Below are positions 50,601 through 64,000 of a stretch of 64,000 nt of DNA, one piece after another; positions within the stretch are counted from its first letter, which is position 1, and each line of letters starts with the position of its first letter. The notes beneath the pieces were generated by a model. That model saw nothing but the letters and a program-made list of their open reading frames with translations. It searched no databases and had not been told where the DNA came from. The translations under genes and the position numbers were made by a program. Location: the NCBI GenBank assembly GCA_043228905.1, contig JBHGNT010000015.1, forward strand, positions 1,550,001-1,614,000, read 5' to 3'. The stretch comes from Azolla caroliniana (lineage: Eukaryota; Plantae; Polypodiophyta).

Positions 50601-51887
50601 ATGAACTATTTTTGGATCACATGTTGTAGATTTTGAGATTTTGGCATTCCCATGCAATCAATTTGGAGGCCAGGAGCCAGGTTCTAACCAAGAGATTAAA
50701 CAATTTGCTTGCTCTATATTCAAGGCAGAATTTCCTATTTTTGATAAGGTTTAGTGAAGAAAAGTTATTCCTTGAATTAGTTTCATATTTTATAACATGC
50801 TCTCTCATTTACTTTGCTAAATTTTCGATTATATAGCTGATCCCTTGTTCTCTATCTGTCCCAACCCCCCTTGTGCCTCTTTATTAGGTTGATGTGAATG
50901 GTGAGAATACAGCACCAGTTTATAAATTCTTAAAAGCGACCAAAAGCTCTGGGCTCTTGGGTAGCCTTCTTGGAGACAATGTTAAATGGAATTTTGAGAA
51001 GTTTTTAGTCGACAAAAATGGTCAAGTTGTTCAAAGATATGATCCTACTGTGGCTCCTCTCAAGATTGAGGTGAGATTGATGTTATTAATGGTCTCTCTT
51101 TTCCTTTGGTAGAAGAATTACTGTATCTATTATTTTTATTATTGTAGAAAATGCAGGGATCTTAGACTAACTCTCACACAGCAAGATCACTTAGAAGACT
51201 TAAGGAAATATCAGTAGATTAAGAAAAACGAGCACTGATTACAATGATGTAGAATGGTTTATATAATCAGTATCTACAGGTAGGTGGAAACCAACGACCA
51301 CTTAATTAGGTTCACACTATTATAACTATATTCACACCTAATTCACACCTAATAGGTACTTATCTAGGTTCATAATATTCTAAGTATGTTCACACCCAAC
51401 ATTTACTTAACTAGGTGCCCACTATTATGACTATGTTCACACCAAAGCTTTCATAGGATACACATTAAGTGTAACAATTATTAAGTCATAGATTTCTGTA
51501 GGCTGTGTGACATTCCTTGCTCTAGATGCACATATAAGCGGAAGGTACGTAGGCACTTATAATCAGATGTGTTGGATGTATGCCAATGTAATATAGATTG
51601 AATGTTGTTGGTTTAGAAGAATTTGACCTCTGGTCCACCAAAATTGATGTAAAAAAAGTGGTCACGGTGTGAAAGATAATGAGACTTTAGATTAATCTAT
51701 CATATTAAACATGCCATCCTATAGTATTTCTTGTAGTTTCTCCATCTTCCAAGTCCTACCAGATTAATAGAAAGGCGATAAATAATAAGGTGGTGATATG
51801 ATGGAAATATTAACACATGGTGAAACGAGTTAAAATATACGTTTTTTTTTCTTGCAGGCTGATATCAAGAAATTGTTGGAAAGTTGA
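47699..51887 (+). CDS. GPX: Glutathione peroxidase (phospholipid hydroperoxide type, Cys), probable plastid transit peptide, 6 exons
   Basis: Exons 47699-48019, 50285-50361, 50469-50530, 50630-50748, 50888-51070, 51858-51887. Motifs [31 protein letters not shown] and [11 protein letters not shown]. Ser-rich N-terminal extension. Confidence 0.95.
48060..48190 (+). mobile_element. Second short copy of the LINE family A 3' tail, in GPX intron 1
   Basis: atgaatgggtaaataccc..ttttgttgtaaaccaattgtctcatgggccaattttggc..gacgttaatat followed by TTTC repeats. Confidence 0.8.
51143..51476 (-). mobile_element. Solo LTR in GPX intron 5
   Basis: TGT...ACA ends with a perfect 5-bp TSD ATTAT (51138-51142 and 51477-51481). 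Internal TTTATATA and repeated TTCACAC motifs. Confidence 0.75.
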
Positions 51888-53979
51888 ACCTCACTCGTTG
51901 TGTTACTTTTTCTTTTGAAAGTACCCTATGAGCGCAAACAATGGCTAAGAATGATTTTCATGTAACCCGATCAGCTCACATCTTGGGCTGAAGGCCTTGT
52001 AATCTATTTTCTTGAAGTAGAACTGATTTCTCTCCCTCTCTCTCTTATGAAGATGGTAGGAAGAGAAATGAAAAAAGTATCTCGTTTGTCCAGTTCTTTT
52101 ATGAAAAAACATGAAAGATCCAACCATGCTGTCTGCTTTTTAAAAAGTTTGTGTATGTTAAAATAAGCCCTGTGCTCGCACTGAGTCAGGAGAGTCAAAC
52201 TGGAAAGCAATGAAACTGGGTGGAGCAAACATAAAGCAGAAAAGAAAGAATTGTTGTATGCATAGAGAAGCAAACTGGGTTGATCCTAACTTCGATTTTT
52301 CAATGTATGTTATAAGTCTGTCCTAAAGTAATAAACATGTTATTTTGTTTTTTGTTTTTGTTTTGGGATGTGTATATCTTGGCTATATGGCAAATATGTA
52401 TTGGTTTGCGAAATGTTTTGCCCAAAGTATGTTTACTTAATATTGGTTTAAGTATCAAGGAAAGAGCCCAACAGATTCTTATTAAGCGGACTTTGTGAAA
52501 ATAATATTTTTACTTAATATGGGTTTAAGTATCAAGGAAAGAGCAGTACATATTTTTCTTAATCGTACTTGCATGCAAAGGGATTGTCCAAGTAAAAGGG
52601 ATTGACCTTGAGACTTTTTGCTAAGCCAACTTTTTCTTTGATTTGATAATTACATGTATGATAGTGCTAAGCCAAATTTTTCTGTGATTTGATAATTACA
52701 TGTATGATGGTGAATGGAACGATTGGGGAAGTGAAGATAGAAAAGTTGCAGTATTGTTATGGTGAGTGTTGATATCCTGGTGATGGTGACTTAAATCAAT
52801 AAATCTACTATTAGAAGACGATTCAAAGTACTGATTAGTACAAATTGATTTTCCAATTGGACATTTTATGTACTTTTTGGTTTCCATGTAGGTAGGTCAA
52901 TTATTCATTAGTTTTGACTTTAAACAAGTATGATGGGTTTAATGATGAAGTTTTTTATCTGGAACCTTTAGGTCATGGGTTTTATGGTTTCGACGGAGTG
53001 TTCATCTTTTTAGCTTAAGCATCGGACAAATAAACAACTTTGATTCTAAAAACAATTGAGTAATGTAAAGTTATGATCAGCTAATTCTCTTCATTTTTGG
53101 ATATATTGACATCATTGGGTGTGAAAATTGAAGGCACGATGGGACCCAACATATTGTGACAAATAAATGGTTAGGAACATTATGATGAATGACATCGAAA
53201 GATGTAGTTTGGTTTGGGACAGTTAATAAACTTACTAAAACAAAGGTTAACTAATGTCAATCAAAATAACTTGGTTAGAACACCTTTTACTATGTCAAAT
53301 TTACATTATCAATGTGATTACTATTGGTGATTATTAATATAAAATCAACTCAATAGCTAGCTATAATTGAGAAAACCATTGTCCTATGTTGTAGTGTAAC
53401 ACATGCAACCGACAACTTGTGATACATCAATCAATGCTTACCAGATTAGGGCGAATAGGTTACAAATGCAATCACCTATGTTTTGAAAGATTAGGCACTT
53501 CCATTTTAGTTTATTATTTTTAGTAACAAGGTTGTAAATAAAGGAAATTGGTACAAGAAAGAGGATTTTTGTCCCAAGACGTACTAATTTGAGATAGAGC
53601 CCTCAATCTTCTGATTGAAAGTTTGAAGAGTATGACAATGATTGGATTGAAAACTGCACAAAAAAGTTGCAAAGTGATAATGTAAATATGTAGCAAGGAA
53701 GCTTATGTTCTGGATAGAAATTTCAAAAAGCTTGTAGAAGATGTCAAGCATGTGTCCGCTTCCAAATAAATAAACATAGATGTGACAAAGTAACTACAAT
53801 TTAGTTATGCCACACCTTGGATTATATTCATAATTTGGGGTTTCGCTGATCTGGTTTCTGCTGTAAGGATTTCATATTTAGAAATTAATTATCGACCAAA
53901 TTTCGCTGGGAAGTTGTGTGTTTTATGATTGCACATAAAAATAGGCATGAAACATATCCAAATAATCTCTTATCGGTAG

Positions 53980-54537
53980 TAGTAATGGGCATGGTTTCGG
54001 CTCAAAATGAACCGAACCGTTAAGCCATGGTTTAACTGTTTATTGGTTCCAAAAAAATTTAATGGTTTGGTTTGGTATGGATTCTCGTTAAACGGTTCGG
54101 TTCGGTTCTAAAACTCGGGTTTATAGGTTTACAAGTTTGGCTTAAAGGTTTAAAGGTTTTTGGTTAACTTTTGTTTTTTTACCTTAATAGTTTATTGATG
54201 TAATGGTTTAATTAATGTTTTTTATTGATTTAATTAATTTAACTTAAATGTTTATTTAATTTAATGGTTCAATTAAAGGTTTGTTTATTGATTTAATAAA
54301 TTTAACTTAAATTCTTATTTAATTTAATCTATTTTTGTTTCTTTAGATGTTTAACTAGTTTGACTTAAGTGGTTAGGTTTAAATTTTTTATTAAATGGTT
54401 CAGTTTGGTTTCAACTTTTCCCTAAAAGGTTTGGTTTTATCTTTTTCTTAAATGGTTTGGTTTGGTTTTAAATAAACGGTTTGGTTTCGGTTTCGGTTTG
54501 GTTTCTTTGCCTTGAAACCGAATCGTGCCCATTGCTA
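53980..54537. mobile_element. hAT-type MITE, copy 2
   Basis: TAGTAATGGGC...GCCCATTGCTA with 8-bp TSD ATCGGTAG/ATCGGCAG. Homologous to 1418-1989. Confidence 0.88.
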
Positions 54538-55004
54538 ATCGGCAGATATATTAACATTTGGTTTCATTGTACCTAGTTAATATGCTTCAGTATTTTTACC
54601 TTAATAGTTTATTGATGTAATGGTTTAATTAATGGTTTTTTATTGATTTAATTAATTTAACTTAAATGTTTATTTAATTTAATGGTTCAATTAAAGGTTC
54701 GTTTATTGATTTAATAAATTTAACTTAAATGATTATTTAATTTAATCTATTTTGTTTCTTTAGATGTTTAACTAGTTTGACTTAAGTGGTTAGGTTTAAA
54801 ATTTTTATTAAATGGTTCAGTTTGGTTTCAACTTTTCCCTAAAAGGTTTGGTTTTATCTTTTTCTTAAATGGTTTGGTTTTTTGTTTTAAATAAACGGTT
54901 TCGGTTCGGTTTCTTTGCCTTGAAACCGAGCCGTGCCCATTGCTAATCGGCAGATATATTAACATTTGGTTTCATTGTACCTAGTTAATATGCTTCAGTA
55001 TTTT
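54177..55004. repeat. ~415-bp near-identical tandem duplication of the MITE right part plus flank
   Basis: ttttaccttaatagttt...ttaatatgcttcagtatttt is present twice. The second right TIR ends at 54945. Confidence 0.92.
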
Positions 55005-55739
55005 ACTATATCCATGTTACAAGTGACCTAGTAACTGCACCGTATTGGTTGGTGTATGACAAACACATCAAGCCCCATGATACTTGGAATTCCAACAAGA
55101 TTTGGAAGCGCCCAATCACGCATCTAGCAGAAAATTGTGAGTTAAAATTTATTTCACAGATGGTTATATGGATGAGGAACTGGAACAGTAACCATAACAA
55201 GGTGAATGAGGGGCAAATAAGCTACAACTATGACTATACCTAGTATGTCACGACTGCTTTCATTATGTAGGCATAAGAACTTTCCTGAATCATTTTGTCA
55301 ACAGCAATCATTAACTCGTTCACACTGCCTAGTGACCAAACCAAAAGGTTAAGGTAATGATGAAGCTTGTTGCTGTATGGCTATGCAAACAGAGCCAAGT
55401 AATTCTAAAAATATGTAGTGGGCCAAATAGCTACAGACGATTTCATGCAATCTCTAAGATTAAAAGAATAAGTCACTTTGAACCCCACTTTAATACAGAA
55501 CACATAATGTGGATCATACACCAATTACATTCTTGAAGGAATCAGTTTTCATTGAAGGCCATAAATGGATCAGGTTCAAACATAGAAATATAGGGATTCC
55601 TTCATCGACATATGTTTAACATTTATTACAGAACTGACAAGTGTAAATTAAATCACCAGTGGAATGGAACATAATGACAAATACCGTTGAATAGAATAAT
55701 ACACTTGGAGCCTATTTTAAGCCTAGTTAGTCCTTCCAT

Positions 55740-58700
55740 TTAGGGAGGTTCATGCACAATTTCTCTGGATTCAGCAACATCCTGGTTGTCTTCTACTTGT
55801 TGGAAGGTGGATAAACAACCAGTGGCATCTTCATTGATCCCGAAAAACCCCACCAATACACATAATCCTCCAATATACTCCATGGCACCGATATGTATGC
55901 CTCGGACTGAATCCACAATAGCAGCAATTGGGACTTGTATTGTAAGTCCCGCGGTTGCCGCTGTGGTGGATGTAAGCAGCACAGCTTTTGCCCACAAATA
56001 ATCACTCAAAACATTGTCGAGCATTCCTGCCAAATGAAATAAAAGCTTTGATTATTCTATTGATTTCTCATAGTTCATCATAATCTTTTAGAGATGTTAA
56101 AAACTTCTAATGTACAGAAAAGACAGCAAATGGGCTGATTGCTGATTAGATCTTGGCCCAAAGATCTAGATGCAAAAACAGCGTATGCATGATTACTACT
56201 TGTTAACAGAGGTTGTCCATGCTTTGGTGGGTCCGTTACGTCATCTGCAAAAAGAACGTCAACAGTATTCCACATACACAAACATCCTTCTAATTACAAT
56301 CCAAACCTTCACTAAGATTATGTTTACACATACATACATGATTTATAATATGCACTGGGCTTTCCTCATTACTAATTCAACAATGTATCACAGGAAATTG
56401 AACAAACAATGTATGCACAAGATATTTTAGTAGAATGAGAGTCAATATTTTTGGTATGAGAAAAAAAGGAAGTCAGTCGAACCTTTTCCAATGATAAGAC
56501 CATATTGTAGGGCTGTAAGTCGGTGGAAAGGCTCCACCCCAGTGAAATGCAAAATGAGAGCGACTGGGAGGAGAAAAAGACCGTTGAATAAACCCAAGAA
56601 TCCAAAGAAGAGTGCTGTGCTCGCTTCTTCACCTTGGGCCTCATCGGGAAGCTTTTTCCGTATAAGAGTTGTGTAAGCTGCATAAAAGATTGCAGATGCA
56701 ACGCATAATAAATCCCCCCATATTGGATTTGTTGCAACACTTGATCCCTCTTCAGAATCTGAAAAACTAACCACTATTGTTCCTGTCATGCAGAGAAGTA
56801 TGCTCCAAAGTTTAACCCACGTGAACTTCTCTTGCAAAAACCTCAACGACATCAGGAATGTAAACAAACTGGATGTTGAGCTTAGAATCGTGTTTGACTG
56901 CACCATATATGATCTTATGAGAATTTGGAGCTATATAACTGTGATGCGAAAAAATAAAGATATTTCTATGTTGTTAACATTTTTTGTGCAAATATGGCAT
57001 GTAAGAATGGATGTGTGTATATGTACTCTCCAAATGCATGTTGATGTGTATGATTGCCTATGCAGAAGAGAAATAAAAAAACTCACAGTAACAGTTGTGT
57101 ATTTGAGAGAGAGGTTAAATGTATATTGTGCAAGAAACCAGAAGGGGCACACAACCAAACTAGCATGAGCTATTTTTCTCCTTGTCCATATTATAGGTTG
57201 CTTCATGTCCAGATCTTGATCATCTAACGCTTGTTTCTCAAGAACAGCGTCCGTATGCCCTGTGTATCAAGAATAAAATCAAATGAAATCCTCAACATTA
57301 TCCGCAGATTCAACAAAAAGAAATATGATGAAAAAAATGGAATTATTGAACAATCAGTCTAGGATTTGCAATAGTATGCCACAAACAGAGAACCTAGTAT
57401 AAATTGAATTAACATGCACTAATATCATGGCAATGCCTAAAACATTAACAGCCTAAGTGAAAAACGTAAAATTTTACATCCCGAACTTGGATTGTCCAAT
57501 GGACAAACAAATCCGTATGTAGTTAACTGAATTCTTTTGTCACCATCATCGAGTTTACTTTTACCCACTTCATTTCATAAGACACAATCAGTTCAACAAA
57601 TCCAAATCCAGACCCCATAAATGAAAATCCAAATTACACATGAACTAGAATCAGTAATGACAATAATATGAAGGGCCCATATTCCCAATCCCATTGTCCA
57701 TCAATTAAAAATCAAAATTCCATTCAATCTAGAATCCTCAACTCATTAAGGTAATATGGGGGGTTAATGTTACAGATAGAGGCCCATACATGCATGCTGC
57801 AAGACCTAAAGATAGAGAACATAATACAATATAGTCTTAATGAGAACCGTTGCAAACAATTTGCATCTACCTATGAGTGGAGTGAATCCAAATCATGTGA
57901 TTAATCAACCTCAAAAAGCTTCAGCTTGGAAATCGCACAAAGATTCCAGAAAGCTGCTAATAAGTCGCTATTTTTTCATGATGTGTAGGCAATGCTGCAT
58001 CACCTAAATAACCGAAAGTATGGTGCACTTTTTCAAATATTTTCTTCCCAGAAAAAGCAATACCTCAAGAGGCTAGAATAATACACTAATAACTCTTTTC
58101 ATATATGGCATATTTGTCTTTTCATTCTAATGGAAAGTAATGAGAAGTAGCAAAAAACTCAGGGGCAGTTAATGAGAAAAGCACATAGACATATATGCAT
58201 CTTATGCACAGGAAAGCTCAGAAACATAAATCTGAGTTTCTCTTTATCTCATTTCGTGACCCTAAGTTTTTAATATTCCTCGTTAATTTCCTTTAGAATG
58301 AGAAACCGCCATAGTAGATTATCGGGAAGGAATTAGACTGAGAGACGATTTTACGCAATTTATATCTATATCTGTTGTATACATACCATGATCATCTGAC
58401 AAGACTTGCAATCCTTTCACTTCAAGAAGCATTTGATCAGAGGCAATCTTATTGGAATCCAGCAAATTCTCCGTCTCCGAATCCTTGAGCGTTTCAGAAA
58501 CATCCGTGGGAGCATTAACATTAGAAGGTTCCCCGGCCTTCTTTCTCATCAGAAGATTCCGGGAGGCTCGACCGATCTCGACGACGGGGAGGTAGACAAG
58601 GAAGAGGGTGTTGCAGATGTAGGTGATGAGGAAAGGGGAGACGCCACTGTCCACCACGGACTGAACAACGAAGCTCGCAACGATCCAAATGACGGCCACA

Positions 58701-58750
58701 GCAACGACGTACAGCATGCCGAGGCACCATCGCCATGTCTTCTGCAACAT
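55740..58750 (-). CDS. EamA/DMT-family transporter (SLC35F5/THI74-like), 4 exons
   Basis: Exons 58750-58387, 57259-57087, 56897-56483, 56026-55740. Motifs VAVIWIVASF, PFLITYICN, CPFWFLAQYTFNLSLKYTTVTSNTILSSTSSLFT and DNVLSDYLWAKAVLLTS..ATAGLTIQVP. Confidence 0.92.
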
Positions 58751-59497
58751 CTCTGTCTCTGTCTCTCTGTCTCTCTGTCTCTCGACAAGTCGATTTCTTC
58801 CTTCCGTCCTTCCGTTCCACAAATCTCACATCGTCGCGCCGTTTCGGAGGTCGAAACGGGAAGCTGTCGATGGATTTCTCTTCTTTCTCCGTTTCGAACT
58901 CTGCTTCTGACTCTGTTTCTGACTCTGTTTCTGTGTGTCTGAATGTCTGGTTTCTTTTGAAACCAAAATACTCTGCACCCAAAGAGACAGAGACAGAGAC
59001 AGAGACAGAGACAGACAGAAAGAAAAGAAAGAAAGACATATTATTAATGTCTTCTATTACCACAATTGGCTGTGATTCTTCTTGATCACAATCCCGATAT
59101 TGGGCGGATGGATGGACAAAATGATGCCCATGCGGATCGAATGGGGGCCCGGGGAGAGTTATAAGCTCCTTGTAATGGTGTAGCGTAATCAATTTGCTTA
59201 GCAACGTTAAACATGGATTTCGGTATTGTATCGTACATATGTAGACAGATTGTGTGAAAGTTAAGTTGCATTAGTAGGAAAAGCGTGAGTTTGGCTATAT
59301 GTATATAGGTAAGTAGACATATCGATTGGCCCACATGTGCAAAATATAAGCGTGATATTCTCAATATGACTTTTAACTCTTAAGGCAAAGTCCTCCATTG
59401 GTGGAGCACAATGCAAGCGCATTTTTAGCCCAAAAAGAAATGATTTCTACTAATAATTTATGTAGTGAATAGCTTATCTACATTATGCTAAAGCCTT

Positions 59498-59789
59498 TGT
59501 ATATTATCATGGCAAATAGCTTCAATGAGGTTGCTTATAGCCAAAGGAGAGGAATTTAATTTGTGGACAAAAACTCCTCCACATTCATGACCTCATCAAG
59601 CTCATATCACCATGGGACTCGTGTGACATTAAAATGGGACTCTATGTATATTATCATGGCAAATAGCTTCAATGAGCTTGCTTATAGCCAAAGGAGAGGA
59701 ATTTAATTTGTGTACAAAAACTCCTCCACATTCATGACCTCATCAAGCTCATCTCACCATGGGACTCGTGTGACATTAAAATGGGACTC
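59498..59789. repeat. ~147-bp near-perfect tandem duplication
   Basis: tgtatattatcatggcaaatagc...gtgacattaaaatgggactc occurs twice. Confidence 0.9.
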
Positions 59790-61876
59790 CATCCACTACA
59801 CTTAACTAACTCCAAACAATCTATCCTCAACAATTTCAATTTGTCAATGCAATAATACATTACTTGCAAATACTAATTGATTCCACCCATCGTACCTAAA
59901 GATGTTGCTTTGCATGTTATCCTTTTTGTTTGTACTCTTTGTAATGCATCCATCATATGTATGACCATGTGTTAAAATGCAAACATTTAACCTTCCGTTT
60001 GTACTCTTTGTAATGTCTCCATCATACATGTGACCATGTGTTAAAATGCATCCTTTTATAGCGCCAGGGAAAGATGCTAGTACTTCCTCTACACCATCTA
60101 GTAATACCTTTTCCGTACTCGCAATTCCTTGTCAATTTTCTTGCCTCAGTAACTTTTTATTACACATCATGTGCCATTTTAAAAATAATAGCAAGCATCA
60201 AACACTCCAAATTTGTCGAGGTAAAATTAAAATCTTAAAATGTTTTACAGGAAATCAGTTGAAGAACGAAATAGCAAGAAAAAATCAAATCAAACTAATT
60301 AGTTCATTCACTTAATGACATAGCACAAAACAATCCAGTGTAAATACTCTTACGAACATTATTCCAAACAACATGATTTGCCACAATGCCGTGTTAGCTC
60401 TACAAGATATTCTACCATCATAAGTTGTTTGAACAACATATACAATTATAATCCTTTCATCAGAAAAGATATTTGACAATGTTTCTAGGAGGGAACATGT
60501 GTTATAGAGATTCTCTAATGTATACTGTCCTTGTGCAGATCATAGATAGTATTTACACTATGAATGTGCGCAAATCCGTTTTTGAAATGGTAATTAGAAA
60601 CAATCTGTTATTAAAATCAAGCTATAATATATACAACATAATGACTAGGCATTTCTCTCAAGAACTCACTATGAAAGACTGAACAAATGAATGCCTGAAT
60701 GCCTGATCCGATTCGCATTTCACTACACACTTTCACATCTAAATTTTTTAAATATATATATAATTTAAGAACCTGGGGAGTCTTCTATTTTCTCTTCTGC
60801 ACCAGAAAAAAGTTAATGCAACTCATGGGATTACACAATTTCAACGAGTGAAACTCAAAAGCTAGTTAAATATGGGTTTCAGTAAGAAGAGCATTAAGGG
60901 CCTAATGAATAACTATGATTATTAGTGTATAGTGCCACATATAATTATCTGTGCTAGCAATGAATGAATAAAAATGGACATTACTCATCCTTCAACTTCA
61001 GCTCGCTTGTTCCTAGATGGGACTGACATAGCCACTAAATCTCCCTGTCATCACAACAAAATAGACATGTCAATAATACTGCGAACACATTAAAACAAAA
61101 ATGGAGTTAACTTTCATTTCTCCACAAAACAGAAGAAACCATTAATCAATGTTACATGCAGCATAGAGTTACTATTACTCATTTTTCAATACAAATTTAA
61201 TAGTTGTTTCAGGTATAGCTCTCCACTATCACATCATTTCTCAACTGGTACATCAATTAATACCTCAAGACTAACATCTCATGTTGCCCTCGAGTGTCTC
61301 GGGCAACTACTAGCAAGGATATGCGAGAGGAATCTTTGTTAGATTCTTCAAAAGAATTCCGAAAGTTTGAGGTGTGCTTTGTATTAACAATTGGTATCAG
61401 CAAGTTTCTATAATTCTCTATTTTAGCTACATTGTAGCCTCATGAAGTCTTTGCATATACTTGTCATGAAGTCTCGTGAGTCACTGTATTGATTCAGTTA
61501 ATTTAAGAGATTTGATGGCGTTTTCACTAGCTATTTAGAAAGAGAGTTAGGTTGCCATCTCTGATCATTGTATCGCTGCAATCAAACATCTATGGGGCAC
61601 CGGAGACCCATAGAATCAAGTGATGATCATCAGAAACAAATGTTCCATACAACAATGACCAATTACTGACTTCTACAAACGAACCTTACGAAGGACATTG
61701 TTTCAGATTTCACTTTTGACACATCATATCACAATTTACGCAGTTATAGCTTTGGTATCATAGGTTATTTTTCCTTTTAAAGACATTTTATCACAGCAAA
61801 CAATTTCATTATTCTCTTCAGCCAAGAAACAAACGTCATACACCCTCCTACTTCTTGAGGCAGGATCACTTCCCAT

Positions 61877-62055
61877 TAGGAGTCAGAAATGGTTTGGATA
61901 AAGCCTGAACTGAACTGTTGAACCGTTATTAAATGGTGTGGTGGTTCAGTTCGTTTCAGGCTGGAGCTTGCTTAACCAGTTTGAGCTTGGTTCGGTTTGG
62001 CGGTTGCCCTATTTAATTGGCTCAAACCAGTTAAGCCATTTATATACTTTTCAAT
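61877..62055. mobile_element. Partial MITE (same family as 3826-4054), interrupted by a LINE
   Basis: Starts TAGGAGTCAGAAATGG and is rich in AACCG/GGTTC motifs. Confidence 0.5.
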
Positions 62056-62056
62056 T

Positions 62057-62092
<36 letters not shown>

Positions 62093-62467
62093 ATTAGAAT
62101 TAGAATTAGAATTTTTATCGTCCATAAAGAGGCCAATTTTGACCTATGGGTCCAGAGTATACATGTGTTCTTGATATATGTCTCCTTCCTAAGAAGCGGT
62201 ATTCATACGTTGAAGCACAAAGTCTCTATGTGTTAGTAAAGCATACACATATGAGCTCAACCTTCTAGGTGGTGTCTTATGTATGGCACTTAAGTTATCA
62301 CTCCCTCTTAGTATGTCAGCATATCTTGAACGAATTGCACTATATGTCGAGCATGTGAAGAGCAAGTGACATTCATCCTCTACCATGCCTTCATTGCATA
62401 CTTTACCTGTCTTCAAATTCGTTACATTTTGATACCATGATGCACCTTCAATACCTAACTTGTGATG
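62057..62467 (-). mobile_element. LINE family C 3' fragment
   Basis: HHKLGIE, C..EDECHLLFTC knuckle, and a 3' tail ending in (ATTCTA)n then (TC)n. Confidence 0.75.
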
Positions 62468-64000
62468 AGAGAGAGAGAGAGAGAGAGAGAAAGAAAGAAA
62501 GAAAGAAATATTAACGTCTTTTAAGAGGCCAAAATGGCCTATAAGACCAAATAAGAGATTACATCTTTAAGTGTTGTCTCGTCTTTGAGAACAAATCAAA
62601 ATAAAATAAATATTACACAGTAAATATAAAAGTAAATAACATGAAAAGAAAAGAAATGAGGGAATCTGGTTTTTGGCACATGTGAGATCCTCAAGTTAGG
62701 TATATTGTAGCTTTTGTCTTCGAAAGATCTCTAGCATAGGTTGATCCAGAATGGAAATGTCTCTGAGTGAGGGAAGCACCTACGGTGGCGAGAGATAATG
62801 GCTTTTATCTGTCGATGACAAGGGTGTCGAGGTCGTGGTTCATGGGGCTGAGGCCTACGTGCATGGCAAATTGCCATTGCCCGATCAATTGTAACCCCTT
62901 TGTTATGTCCTGGTCTGAAGCCCATTTGTGTATCCCGGGGTTGACTTCTAGCATTAGGAGTGATGGGGTTAAAGAATGTTGTGATTGTTCTTTGTGGATG
63001 AGCTTGTGTGGCTGTATTCTTCAACAACTTTTCCCGATGTCTCTTGAGCTCTAGCAAGAAAAGTCCTAGGCATCGTTGGTCCTCATATTCCATTACCTTG
63101 CGTAGTGGGCCAAAGCCTTGTTTAAAGAGGCAATGGTATCTCCCTCTGATTTCATAAAAGACACTACAATGACAAACATACTGTTCTTCAGATTCCACTC
63201 CTTGATGACACAATTGACAAATTCTCTCTTCTAGAGGTAGTCCTGTATATCTGCCTACCTCAATCTGTAGCTGATGTGATGAAGTTTGCAGTTGCCCTAT
63301 CATACTACGCAGCGCATAGGATAGATGTATGTCCATATAAGGTGGCCTGATGACAAATCCATCCTCCGATGTATGTAAGAAGTGTGTCTTATAGTGGGCC
63401 ATCTTTGTACCAAGTGGTATTTTGGGGCTGATCCATGTTATCTTGTTTTCCAAGTTAATAATATCAGTTCAGATCACTCTATTCTTTTCCACTTTGGTCA
63501 TATTTAGATGGGGACAGTCCAAGCTAAATTGGAACGGGGGTAGTGCATTTATACTCATGCCATGTGACTCGAACCATTGCTGCCTTTTAGCATACCAACA
63601 ATGAGTGTCTCTATTTTCAGCCAATTGTTTTGATGACATAAGTGCCAACCTTGGGTACCTTCGTTTAGGGAGCTCCCAAAGACGTTGGATAAATGTCACA
63701 GATCGGAACAACGCCTCGGTTATTATAGGTGCTGCTCCCATCTCTGCCCGGATTATATTGTGGGGCACCGATGCTTTGCTCCTTATCATGCGAGCAATCA
63801 TTGACACTAAAGGTCTCTCTAAATCTTTCCAATGATTTGCCTTGTTAAGATTCGGTCCCCATGTCTCTACTCCATAGAGAAGAGTTGGTGTGACAAGTGT
63901 ATGAAATAACCATAGCTTAGTCCGTAGCTCTTGGAACTACAAATGTGCACATTGTCTCTCGAGAGCACCAAGGGCTGCATATGCACGAGAAAGTCGGGCA
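62468..64000 (-). mobile_element. LINE family B, 3' half, running off the window; nested in LINE C
   Basis: ORF fragments SVPHNIIRAEMG and SSHQLQIEVGRY..ERICQLC..VESEEQYVCHC. The 3' tail ends in (TTTC)n(TC)n. Homologous to 33270-34880. Confidence 0.92.

Noticed and set aside
52750-53010. Weak similarity to ~830-1015 (shared TCGA.GGAGTGTTCATCT)
   Set aside because: Too short and diverged to call a repeat family by eye.
4876-58750. Functional gene cluster (SPL7, GPX, transporter and others)
   Set aside because: The functions are unrelated and no enriched shared GTAC copper-response array was seen, so this looks like ordinary synteny.
58406-59204. Long overlapping ORFs around EamA exon 1
   Set aside because: They are shadow or antisense frames of a GC-rich exon and GAGACA microsatellites.

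Overview
Land-plant nuclear DNA: AT-rich, with GT-AG introns. The PLS-type PPR gene and the transposon mix suggest a fern or other seed-free vascular plant, but this is inference. Six intact-looking host genes: an SPL7-like SBP-box copper regulator (+), a single-exon PLS/E-type PPR (-), an active rhomboid protease (-), NOL10/Enp2 (-), a plastid-targeted Cys-type glutathione peroxidase (+) and an SLC35F5/THI74-like EamA transporter (-). Between and inside them lie a truncated Copia with a nested LTR, a solo LTR, several decayed RT-bearing LINEs and short 3'-tail copies, hAT-type MITEs and a decayed plastid-type trnD. The most unusual items are: (1) a ~4.8 kb Mutator-like element with 106-bp TIRs carrying a deleted transposase, an apparently intact spliced C2H2 zinc-finger ORF and three internal minisatellites; (2) a Tc1/mariner(pogo)-type non-autonomous element filled with a 48-bp doubly palindromic array; (3) a cryptic ~31-bp array just upstream of SPL7; (4) a canonical PIP-box in a LINE C-terminal tail; (5) a six-copy telomere-repeat (telo-box) tract at the NOL10 5' end. 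All calls were made by eye from the sequence; no database searches were run.
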